A stretch of 64,000 bases of DNA. Origin: Malacoraja senta. Lineage: Eukaryota. This document shows, one piece after another, positions 25,684 to 37,170 of the stretch. Location: assembly GCA_038087875.1 (NCBI GenBank), contig CM075988.1, positions 11,410,001 to 11,474,000 on the forward strand, given 5' to 3'. Both the position numbers and the translations under genes were made by a program. Position 1 is the stretch's first letter. The number at the start of each line of letters is the position of its first letter. The notes below the pieces were generated by a model. It made no database searches. It had not been told where the DNA came from and saw only the letters and a program-made list of their open reading frames with translations.

Positions 25684-26278
25684 CAGGTGGTGCCAGCAAT
25701 GGCTGCCTCGCCAACAGTCTGTCTGTCCTTTTCCTTTGTTGTTTTTTTTAGTATGTGTTAAATGTATGTTTTAGTGTTCTTTAGTTTGATTTATGTGGGG
25801 GGTGTGGGGTGGGGGGGTTGGGTGGGGTTTGGGGGAAACTTTTAAAATTATCTTACTTCAATGGAGATGCGATTTTTTTTTCCATATTGTATCTCCATCC
25901 ACACTGCGGCCTAACATCAAGGAGTTGGCGGCCTCTTGCTGGAGACCGACCGGGAGCTTCAACCGCGGGAGCCTGCAGGATTTACCATCGTGGAGCTGGC
26001 GGTCCCTGGTTAGAGACCGACTTCGGGAGCTCCAAGCCGCAGGAGCTTTGATCGCCCCGACGCGGGAGCTTCGATCTCCCTGACTGCACTGACCACGGGA
26101 GAATAAAGAGGGAAGAAGATTAGACTTCCCATCACAATGAGGAATGTGGGGAATCTGCTGTGGTGAATGTTTATGTTAACTTTTATGTAGTTGTGTGTCT
26201 TGTTGCTTTTTTTAAAATCTGGCTATGTGGTAATTTGAATATCACTGTACCTTAATTGGTACACGTGACAACAAGACC
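25684..26278 (+). mobile_element. Non-autonomous retroposon with Rex1-like 3' tail
   Basis: CpG-rich body with short internal repeats (gggagcttc). Ends cactgtaccttaattggtacacgtgacaac, a tail also seen at ~9930, ~48760 and ~53975. Confidence 0.5.
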
Positions 26279-26429
26279 TTAGAAATCTTTGAGCTCAATG
26301 ACACTGCACTCAACATCAAGTGCCTAATTTTGGTAATCTTAAAATAATCCCATTTTATTCTACCATATCCCCACCAAGATCGTCTGTTGACCACTCACTT
26401 GCCCTTTCTCGTCCTCAATTGACGATAAG

Positions 26430-26705
26430 GTCATGTGATAGGAGCAGAATTAGACCATTCGGCCCATCCAGTCTACTCCCTTAGTCAATCATGGCTGATC
26501 TATCTCTCCTTCCTAACCCCATTCTTCTGTCTTCTCCCCATAACCCCTGACACCCATACTAATGAATAATCTATCAATCTCGGCCTTAAACATATCAACT
26601 GATGGCCTCCACAACCTTTTGTGGCAGAATTACACAGATTCGCCACACTCTGACTAAAGAAATTCCTCCTCATCTCCTTCCTAATGGAATGTCCTTTAAT
26701 TCTGA
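26430..26705 (-). mobile_element. CR1 LINE 3' end
   Basis: Minus-strand ORF LRIKGHSIRKEMRRNFFSQSVANLCNS. Confidence 0.8.
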
Positions 26706-27554
26706 GTGTTAATTCAGTGTGGGCAAAAAACAGAGCAGCCAAACAAAACCCATTTTGTGGTCACGGAAGAATATCCACATTGATGGAAGTAGAGCTCAAA
26801 ATTAAATCAGGATCACTGGAGCTATGAAGCAGCCATTGGGCTGCCCATCTTATCTCCTCAAGTCTTGGCATTCAACTGATGCATAAGCCTATTGATTCCA
26901 ATCTGCATTTTAAGTACAAGAACAACAATATGTGAATCACTCTTCAAAAGTTAGAATAAGACCTACCAATTTTCTCAGAGCTTTGGTGATCTCATTTCCT
27001 TTGTATTTCCAAATCTGTTTAGATTATGTTTGTCAGTTAATAAGTTAGCACAAATAAGAAGCTTAATGAAAAGCAGTCTGTTACAGACTGTCACCTTTAT
27101 TCTATTCTGTGAATTTAGTTAGCATTTAATTCTCCATGCTAAAGAATTGTATTCCAAATAAGGACAGGAAATATATTCATGCATGTTGGTGTTTGTTCTT
27201 TCGCATCTGTGGAGAAACAATTACATAAAATAATTGCTGCAGAAAATACACACTCAGCTTCTGAGCTTGCAAATTAACCTAATTAAAACTAATGAGTTTA
27301 TAATTGTGAACAGCAAGGCAACTATCAGTCATTTTGTCTGTCTGTTCTCAAAGCTGGAGTGAGAAACTAAGAACTACTTCACATTCATTTTAAATAGAAT
27401 CAAAACTAAGGCGAGAGAGATGAGTTGGAAAATAGTCAGTGATTAAGTGCTCAAGAGTGAGTTATACAAGTTAGCCGAGTAGCTGTAACCATGGACCATA
27501 GAACACATCCCCTGCCCACATTGTTGGGGATATGTCAAACTTCTTAAGCCTTCT

Positions 27555-28185
27555 AAGGAGGTATTCAGGACAAAACCTGGGACATCATGATTCAGCTGTA
27601 CAAGTTGTTGGTGAGACCGCACTTGGAATATTGTATGCAATTCCGATCGCCTAACTATTGAAGGATGTCATTGTTGGAAAAAGTGCAGAAGAGACTCTTT
27701 AGACTTTAGACGTTGGAGATACAAGACTCGCCAGGTTGTTAGCTGTGCACAGGCTTGAGTTAAAAGGAAAGGCTGGGACTTTTGTCTGGAGCATAGGTGG
27801 TTGAGGAGTGACTTTCTGAAAGTATACAAAATCATAAGGTCTATTGATGTACAGTGAATGCTTACAGTTCTTTTCTCAGAGTAAAGGATTCTAAAACTAG
27901 AGGGCATTGTCTTGAAGTGAGAGGGGAGAAATTTAAGAGAGACCCCAGGGGAAACTTTTTCACTCAGAGGGTAGTTTTTATTTGGAATAAGCTGTCAGAA
28001 GAATCTATAGAAGGAGATACAATTGCAGCTTTCAAAAGATATTTGAACTGATATATGGATAGGAAGGATTTAGAGGAATATGGGCCAAATGTACGCAAAT
28101 GGGATGAGCTCAGAATGCCAACTTGGTAGGCATGGACAAGGTGGGTCAAAGGGACTGTTTCCATGCTGTATAACTCTCTGGCTCT
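27555..28185 (+). mobile_element. Older CR1 LINE 3' fragment
   Basis: Motifs LVRPHLEYCMQF and KTRGHCLEVRGEKFK...FFTQRVVFIWNKL; contains a small SINE-tail insert at ~27698-27730. Confidence 0.8.
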
Positions 28186-28659
28186 ATGTAAGGCATTTTC
28201 TGTTATAAATTTGAAACTTTGATTATGATCATTAATTTTAACTGCTTTCTTAATTTTCATATTTTTTTTACTAACATTTTTGACCTGATTGATCACCTGC
28301 ATTTTGTAATATAATGTTTTAGATGTCTGGTATATGGAAACACAACACACCTAATTGTGCACTGTGGGTTAGTCAATATATCTGAAAAAGAGTGATGGCA
28401 AAATTTCAATGTAACCTTAATAGAGACAACATTACTCGGAGTTCTTACTCCTGAATTCCAGAAAATGTTTCATGTGAATATCTGACAAGGACCTGAATTA
28501 AAATTGGATTTAGTGATCTCAGTTGTCCATACTTAAAGTTCTCAGGTGTTGAAAAAGTGAATGGACAATGTGCAAGGCAGGTGTCAATGCTTATAAATGA
28601 CAATATCATAAGTGATGAACATGGGATTGAAAGCAAATAAAGCAGTGTAGGTACATGCA

Positions 28660-28925
28660 CTAATGTGTGTCATTACATATATTGTATGTTTAATATTTAT
28701 ATTGTATGTCTAATATTGATAGTGTGGGGGCCCCTGGTGGTTCGCCACTCGTGGTGCGAACCCTTGGCTCTGGGGGTTGGGTCATGTGACTTGGTTTGGC
28801 GGGACGAGCAGGTCACGGGTTTCCCCTGGGGTATATATATTGCCGGTAACACCCTTGCCCCTTGTGGTTCTGAGAGCTGTTCTGTGTGAATCTAATAAAG
28901 ATCACTTGTTTGACAACACGTCTCG
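28660..28925 (+). mobile_element. Possible solo LTR
   Basis: AT-rich start, GC-rich middle, TATA (gggtatatatat), then AATAAA ~65 bp later. TG/CA ends and TSD not resolved. Confidence 0.4.
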
Positions 28926-28935
28926 CTATAATAGG

Positions 28936-29020
<85 letters not shown>
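28936..29020 (+). repeat. (GATA)n microsatellite
   Basis: About 21 perfect units. Confidence 0.97.
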
Positions 29021-29024
<4 letters not shown>

Positions 29025-30102
29025 AACAAGTATATATGTACACCATAGCCATATTTTTTCAAAGTGAGCAATCACAAATTAAGATGCAGCTGGGTGATGG
29101 ATTCATGAAGATGGATCTTAATGTTTAAGCTGTGTATTTGCTGCCCTCCAGTGTACTGGTGCTATAGTTACTAGACGTTATAATCTTTAACTTAGTTTCA
29201 GAACACAATGATATCATATTCACAGTAATGTTACATTATTTTAGGAAAAGTTGTATTTTTATAATCAGCATTTTGAAAGATGCAAATCTTTGTGTAAATA
29301 TGCCATGGCATGCAACTTTAGATATCAAAACATTGCAGATGCTGGATTCAGAACTAAAATTGCTGACATACTCAGCAGATCATGAAGTATCTTCTAGAGA
29401 GGATCTCTGCTATTTTGATACTTTGGTGGACCCCGAGTTGAGCTTCAAATTTATGTTGGTCACCACCATGTCTGTTTCCAGTTGCATAACTTAGCTACTT
29501 ATCACCACCAATAGACATCAATATCCATCAACTCGAATATCTCAGTTTCAATACTCTACACATGCGTTTGCTTCATGCCATCTCATGCTAATCCATTTCA
29601 TCAAGAAAACCACTGACTTCAGTGTTATCTCATAAAACTCCTGCATTCACTGCCCCAAAGCCAACAACTTTCCTGCAGGTACCATGTCTCAGCAATATCA
29701 AGATCATTATCCCTTCTTTGAGCCAATTCCAGGTTTAATTCTCCAGGACCAGAAGTACTTTCAACTCAGCTCACCTCTCCATGGTCTTTCTATAAATCTA
29801 TGGTAGTGGACCGTTTGGTTAATTTGTCTCTGAACCTGGAAGTCCTTTCTCAGAGAGCTCACCAGTTTTCCATGATTCTCTTTACTTTCAAAATGCTCCT
29901 CTCCAATCCATCCCTGTTCAGATCCTTGGTGAATTCTTACCATTCTCCCATTGACAATATCTTTGCTTAGTGACTGCAGCTACAACAAGTAAAGCACAGT
30001 GGCAGAGGTCGTTAAATGGCATTTTATTGCTTCAGATAATGTTGTATTGGGGATATTGACAGCAAATTCTACTGTTTCCCTCGAATCTACTTTTAATACA
30101 TA

Positions 30103-31945
30103 CTAGAGTAAGTGGGACCCGTTGGGTCCCAGCATCACATGGGAAGGCTGGTCCCCCAACGCAATATTCCACCTCTCCACCATTTCCAATATTGGTGGCC
30201 AGTGGGGGGGGGGGCTTTCTGGAGCGCTAGTATGGGTGTTGTGCGTTGAAGGGACTGGTTTCCAGAGGTCTAGTATGGACATTGTGGGCCGAATGCTTGG
30301 GCTGGCAGCTCACTCACTCACGGCTGGTGGGCTGGCAGTTGACTCATGGCTATTCCTTGAAATTCCATTTCAAGCAGGGTGCAAGGCCACCAAATTCAAG
30401 TGCAGTTTCATACCATTTCAAGCAGGGTGCAAGGCCACTAAAGACAGCAAGTCATGACCTCTCCCTCCCCCATCTTGCAGAGACTGAGCCACGCCAACAC
30501 TTTCGGGTTTAATTGTCCCTCCCCCTCTCCCACCAGAAGAAGCATGCCCTTCATGGTGTGATTGACAGGAGAGAGAATCTCAACATTTTTTAAACACTAA
30601 TAACTTTTATTTTTCATTAATGGGAAAAATCCTCAGCACCTGATGAACGGAGGGGGACTCTGAGTAAGATGGCCAAAAATCACAGCCGTACATGGTAGCG
30701 TTTTTTCTAAAATCAATATAAAGCGCAAACAGGAAGTGGTCAAGATTAGACTTTTAATTATATACAAGTGCAGACCCGTTGGGTCTGGTCCCCGAAAGTG
30801 CTTGACACCCCGGGGTGTTGTTCCCGAATGTGCTTCAGACCCCGGGGTGAAAATCTGCTGAAAAAAAGATGGCGTCGTTTTCGGAAAAAATCGGAGAAAA
30901 TCTGCGAAAAAAAGATGGCGTCGTTTTCGGAGAAAATCGGAGAAAAAAATATGGCGTCGTTTTCGGAGAAAATCGGAGACAATCGGAGAAAATCACATGG
31001 GGGTGGGGGGGGGGTGGATTTTATTTTAAAACGTGTACATAAACAGGACCGAATTTAATCAGGAGTGGCTATTCGTAAAGATAAATGTCATCTCTTTGGA
31101 AATGGTAAAAAATATGGGCCTTTCCAGCGCTGTGTGGGCCAGGGGCGGTATCAAAGGCGGCATACGGACGTACAGACGTACGGACGTACAGACGTACAGA
31201 CGTACAGCGGACGACAGCCAGAGAGTTTTAAAAGTATATAGATATAGATAGAAGGCAACTCAACTTTAATTAGGCAAGGCAGCTTTAATTGGGCAAGGCA
31301 GCTTTAATTAGGCAAGACAGCTTTAATTAAAGGCTACACCGCTTTAGCACTTTCAAACTAAAGGCTACACAGCTTTAGCACTTTCAAACCAAAGGCTACA
31401 CAGCTTTAGCACTTTTAAACCAAAGGCTACACTGCTTTAGCACTTTCAAACCAAAGGCAACACAGCTTTAGCACTTTCAAACCAAAGGTGAAACAGCTTT
31501 AGCACTTTCAAACCAAAGGCAACACAGCTTTAGCACTTTCAAACTACGTTTTCAAACCACATTAATGGCACTGACAGGTCAATAAAACCACTCACAGTTT
31601 AGTAGACACGTGTTCAGTGTTATTCACAGCTCAGACTGAGAATTTCGACCTCTCGCTCCCCCATCTTGCAGAGAGCTGAGGCACCTCCACACCTCCGGGT
31701 TTTATAGTCCCCTTTTATAAAGGGGCGTGGCTTTCAGGAGAGAGAATCTCAACATTTTTTAAACACTAATAACTCTTTTATTTTTCATCGATGGGAAAAA
31801 TCCTCTTGTCCTGCGCAGCGGAGGGGGACTCTGAGTAAGATGGCAAAAGAAATCACAGCCGTAAGTGGCAGCGTTTTTTTTTCTAAAATCAATATACAGT
31901 GCAACAGGAAGTGGTCAAGATGAGACTTTTAGTAATATAGATAGA
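30103..31945 (-). mobile_element. Composite non-autonomous Helitron (three modules)
   Basis: Minus-strand 5' end A|TCTATCTATATTACTAAAAGTCTCATCTTG at 31945. 3' hairpin tgggaccc-aac-gggtccca (30113-30131) then CTAG|T (30103-30106). Internal 5'-end motifs at ~30764 and ~31252; second hairpin at 30771-30787. Confidence 0.8.
31264..31544 (+). repeat. Minisatellites inside Helitron: 19-bp unit x~3.5 and 31-bp unit x7
   Basis: Units ctttaattaggcaaggcag and gctttagcactttcaaaccaaaggctacaca (31-bp period from 31341). Confidence 0.92.
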
Positions 31946-32104
31946 TTACTGCACCTGATGGCTAACCATAAATTTAAAAAAATCTATTCAAACAGAATAG
32001 ACTGCAAATGCTGGAAATTTGGTATAAGAACTAAAAATGTCTGAAATACACTGCAGGTTAAGCCACTCCTGAGGGGAGAGAACCCAGGGTAATGTTTCAG
32101 TTAA

Positions 32105-32322
32105 AAGATAGATACAAAATGCTGGAGTAACTCAGCGGGACAGGCCGCATCTCTGGAGAGAAAGCAGCATCCCTGGGGTGACATTTCAGGTCGAGTCCCT
32201 TCTTCAGACCCAGTACGTCACCCATTCCTTCTCTTTGGAGATGCTGCTGTCCTGTTGAGTTACTCCAGCATTTTGTGTTTATCTTCGGGGTAAACCAGCA
32301 TCTGCAGTTCCTTCCTACACAT
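32105..32322. mobile_element. Inverted Penelope pLTR pair
   Basis: aaaatgctggagtaactcagc...gagttactccagcatttt. Minus-strand hammerhead-like variant gggt-CTGAAGA...GAAATGTC-accc. Confidence 0.8.
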
Positions 32323-32365
32323 AATGTTTTAGTCAACAGCTTTTCAAACTGATATAAAATTGTTG

Positions 32366-32979
32366 ATTAGGAACATTAACACTCTTTCATGTAAACATTA
32401 AAGAAATGTCATATTATTTTATTTCCATTTTCAATTATTTGATCCAAAAAAAGTTATGATTTTTTAAATGATTAATCATTAACTGTATTGTCTAACTGCT
32501 ATTAACTCATCTGAAGTAAAATGTTTTGTAACCGTTGAGAAGAGCTGACTTTTATCAATTAAAATTTGTTCATTTGTAAGTGTTAGATATCTGCCCATCT
32601 CAGATATGTTACCAGATTTGGGAATCCTTGAAACAGGATACAGCAGGCAGATAAATTGAAAGTGTATCATAGGTGAAAGTGTATGAAAGCGAAAGATGTA
32701 ACAAGTGGTGCTTTTGACAAAAAAAGATGAGAGTAACATATCTGAGATGGGCAGATATCTAGCACTTACAAATGAACAAATTTTAATTGATAAAAGTCAT
32801 CTCTTCTCAACGGTTACAAAACATTTTACTTCAGATGAGTTAATAGCAGTTAGACAATACAGTTAATGATTAATAATAAAAAAATCATAACATTTTTTTG
32901 GATCAAATAATTGAAAATGGAAATAAAATAATATGACATTTCTTTAATGTTTACATGAAAGAGTGTTAATGTTCCTAAT
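32366..32979. repeat. Long inverted repeat: ~247-bp arms, 120-bp spacer
   Basis: 32366-32612 is the reverse complement of 32733-32979, with two isolated substitutions and one short divergent A/T patch. Confidence 0.95.
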
Positions 32980-33339
32980 AATCAATATTGATTAGAGAAA
33001 TCAAATAATTTAAGATGAATAGAAGCCTCTTGATAGGAAGATTTGAGCATTTCAGAAAATTCAAGTTAAGGCAAGAAGAGTAAGGAACAAGATTTTCGAC
33101 ACATCCAATGGATGGAAGGTTATGCTCTTGAGAACAGAAAGAACAAGAGTTCCAAACAATTGTCATAGCAACAAAAAATAAATACACCACAGCCTGTCAG
33201 ATCCATCATTTGGTTATTCTCAATGCAGACCCAAGTCCCAAGAGTGAGGCAAGACCACTAATTGTGAAGAACGAGTTTGAAAAGTCTCTAGCAGTCATCC
33301 GTAAAAAGCTGAATGAACTAGATTTGACATTATTAAGAC

Positions 33340-33477
33340 AAAATGTGTAGGAAGGAACTGCAGATGCTGGTTTAAACCGAAGATCGACACAAAAAAGCTG
33401 GAGTAACTCAGCGGGACAGGCAGCATCCCTGGAGAGAAGGAATGCTTGATGTTTCAGGTCGAGACCCTTCTTCAAAC
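33340..33477 (-). mobile_element. Penelope pLTR with tail
   Basis: tgtgtaggaaggaactgcagatgctggtttaaacc...gagacccttcttca. Confidence 0.8.
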
Positions 33478-36019
33478 TGGTTAAATTATTAACTAACATT
33501 ATTAAACTAGATACTTGCAAGGTTGTGATCGAAACGAATCTCGTCAGGCTTCATATCATTTTCAAACAAGATACGTTTTACTTTGAAAAAGATTATTTGG
33601 CATTTCAGATAAAATGTGCATGGTAACGCACATGAGAGTGCAATGCACACTGTGCCAAATTGGTAGCCTGACATGCTGTGACAGGGTATCACCCATTTAC
33701 AAGCTATTCAGTCACAACACATTAATGTTTTGACCATTTAATCTGGATGTTCAGACCTGTTCATGTAATGGTAAAGCAAATGACCTTCATTTACATAGTA
33801 GCTTTCATAACCACAGAACCAAATCCCAAAGTCCCCACCACATTTGAAAATGCTTTAAAGGCAATTAAATATGTTAGGATTCAAATCACAGTCATAACGA
33901 AGGAAATGTATGGACAATATTTCTGATTTTAATGTTAGACATTCATCATGATTGATGAGATATGCAGTGCTGAGTAAACGATTTGTGGAAACGTTGGTGA
34001 TTAGGGGATTCATTGATGAGCACTCTAGAGACACTAAATGCAAAGCTAATCCAAACTTATAAGGAGATGATGTCTAATGACTTTAATGTTGCATGAAATA
34101 TGTGGTCTGATACAGAAGTGTTGACAAATTAATTCCAATTATCAAAACATTCCAATCTTCACTGGAGCTGCAACGGGGATTGGAAATTCAGAGCTAGGTT
34201 TTAAAGCAAAAGAGACATAACAAAATGTTGTGCGTGTGTATGTGTGCAAGATGACTGATACACTGCATGTGAAATAAGTGTGGAGTGGGCAGCAAGAGGC
34301 AGGTGGGGAGGAAATCGGAGCTGGAGCACCATGACAATACAGAAATTTACAAGGTTGGGGCTGCTCAATATTTCCTCTGTGGATAGACCAACAATATTTA
34401 TACAATACACAGGATATGCCAGTGAGTTCATGGCAACAAACTGCTCATGGAATCAAGCACATAGATTATTCTGCAGTCAGATCTCGATAACTACTTTGTC
34501 CTTTATTTCAAATTATACCTACTTGTATTCAATGGTTAAGTACCACATATCCCCAAATAAGTAATTCTTTAGACCATTTGAGGTTAGTTTCACTTGGCAC
34601 ATACATTGTGGGACAAAGGGCCTGTTCCTGTACTGTTTTGTACCATTTCAGTTTGGTCACCAACTGTCCATGGGACATTCCCAAGGATGATGTGGGTCAT
34701 TTGCAAATTTGCAAACCTTACCTATTGGTCAATAAAATGTTGTCCATTTCCATGTCACAATGATCATGGGTAGAATGTGATAAAACTCTACCTTTTGTAA
34801 CGTTCTAGATCTTAATTCTAACTCACTCAATGCATTTCCAGAATACAGAATTTCGGGTCAGTTCAAGTTAAGTCCAGTTTGTTATCATAGACACATGGAT
34901 GGTGAGGTACAGGTTCAATGGAAGTCTTGCTTGTAGAAGCTTCACACGCAGGAGGACACAGATAACACACAACATCTTAAATTATATATATATTACACAA
35001 GTTCTAAAGTGAAAAGAAAAAGACTGTGCAAAAAAAACCACTATTCCAAAAATACGGAATTAGAGAACAAATCCATGATACTGCAAGAGGTGGTCCATCA
35101 AGCTCCATTGCCAAGGTAGAATTTGGGAGGCTGATAATCAGCCTCAAAGATTTAGAATTAGCAAGGCAAAATTCAGAAAGGATTCTTGGTTCCAGCATAA
35201 TGAACATTGGTAAGCATTACAGATACAAGTACGTTGAGCAATACCGGTTCAAAAACAGCTGGAGATATCGGTCACAGTTGAGCAACCTGTCCTTATTCAT
35301 AGTTGAGGCTCACGTGCAGGATAGCTCAGTATCTCTGATGGGAAAAGGATTGGAGTAAACATAACTTTGCCTTTTACAGATATTACTTTACCCCATTTAT
35401 ATGTTACCAGTATGACAGCAGAGGTATACAAGAGAATTTTTAACTAGATTTAAAGTCTGCTTAAACTATATTGCAATTTATTTCCTTCCAAAAAGGATTG
35501 AAAATTGTGTGCACCTGCAGTATTGAGCTTGCTGTGAATTTCCACAATTATTTCCCTTTCTCTAGTAGGCCAGGATGTTAGACAGGGTTTTTATTTTTCT
35601 TCATGTCATCCACTTATCTAACCAGTCTGACAGAAGTGACAAGCAGTCAGTCCAATTTTGTGCAAATTGCTCATTGCATAGAACTCAGCTTCTGAAATTG
35701 ATGTAGGATTGATTCCCAGCTTTATTAGAAAGTGACTGTTATTGCAATGGGTTACGATATTTATCTAAGTGATCAGAGTTATTCTATGTTGATAGCTTTT
35801 GCATTTGAATTCAAATCAAATTATAGACTGGTGATATTTTTCAGCTTACTCTATTTCCATAATAGGTCCTAATATCTTCTTTATCACAGTGATGAGTTGG
35901 TTGGGTACAAATCAGTACTCAATGGGTGTGTTTCAATACTATGAATTCTATTTATTGCAATACAGTATTGGAAAGGATGTGTTAACATATTTAATCAAAT
36001 TAACTGAAAGATTCAGCAA

Positions 36020-36320
36020 GAAAATGGTCTCCCTCCGCCCACCACGTCCATGCCGACCATCGATCATTCATTTACACTCATTGTATGTTATCTCACTTTG
36101 TCATCCACTCCCTGCACAACAGGGGTAAATTGCAGAGGCCAATTAACCTGCAAATCCGCACGTCTTTGCGATGTGGGAGGAAACCAGAGCACCCAGAGGA
36201 AACCCACATGGTCACAGGGAGAACGTGTACACTCTGCCCAGGCTGCACCTGAGGTCAGGAATGAACCCAGGTCTCTGGCGCTGTGAAGCAGCAGCTCTAC
36301 CAGCTAGGCAACTGTGCAAC
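36020..36320 (-). mobile_element. HE1/V-SINE-like copy
   Basis: gtgggaggaaaccagagcacccagaggaaacccacatggtcac is the reversed V-domain. Confidence 0.8.
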
Positions 36321-36927
36321 CCTGATAATTCACATGGTGAATGCAAGACTAAAGCTTTGAAAAATAAAATACATACGTTGGTGTTAAGATAATGTTATGG
36401 CACCACAACTGGTAAAGTCATCGAAGACTTGGGGGATCAACATGGAGCACGCAGGAGCCCGTGTTGTAAACAAACACATCTATGGTTATATTATAGACAG
36501 CATTTTCTCAAAGGCTATTTTAGTTCTGCCTCAGAACAATGCAAGAAAGAGATGGGTAGAGTTACTCCGGCTGCTTATTTAGTTAACAAACCATCTGATT
36601 TAGAATCAAACTCTCTGAACCCTTGGGGGGTCTGCTTTAGTCTCCAGTCTTGTTGGTAGATTACACCAGGAATAATATTGTGATATGCTTGGCTATTACT
36701 CTCTGTGCAAGGCAATGCAAGTGAAAATAATCCAATATATATATAAACTGTGAATGTATTGCCAGAAGGTGAAAACATGGTCAGAGCCATTAATGTACAC
36801 GATGAAGGGGCAGGTGGTGCAAATCCAGTGGAATCCAATCAACCCAGTAAATGGATGACTGCACAGGTTAATGCCATTAAGAAAGGAGGAACAGACATAT
36901 TGGAGATATGGAATGTAAATGAGGTAA

Positions 36928-37170
36928 AACACAAAATGCAGGAGGAGCACAGCAGGTCAGGCAGCATCTGTGAAGGAAATGAATAGGTGACCTTTTCAGG
37001 ACAGGACCCCTCTTCAAACTGATTGTGACAATGTTTCGGGTTGGTTTTCTTCTTCAGACTGAGCCAAAACATCGGCAATCCATTCCTTCTACAGATGCTG
37101 CCTGACCCTTTGAGTTCCTCCAGCACTTTGTGTTTTACTCAAGACACCAGCATCTGCAGTGCTTGCATCT
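36928..37170. mobile_element. Degenerate inverted Penelope pLTR pair(s)
   Basis: caggtcaggcagcatctg ... cagatgctgcctgacc. Confidence 0.7.

Noticed and set aside
31329..31544. Regular 31-bp repeats as a CRISPR array
   Set aside because: Units are contiguous with no unique spacers, there are no cas genes, and the context is a eukaryotic Helitron.
35026..35358. 110-aa ORF or possible exon
   Set aside because: Starts in a Rex1-like remnant. The minus-strand acceptor candidate near 35337 hits stops in all three frames, and the peptide is not recognisable.
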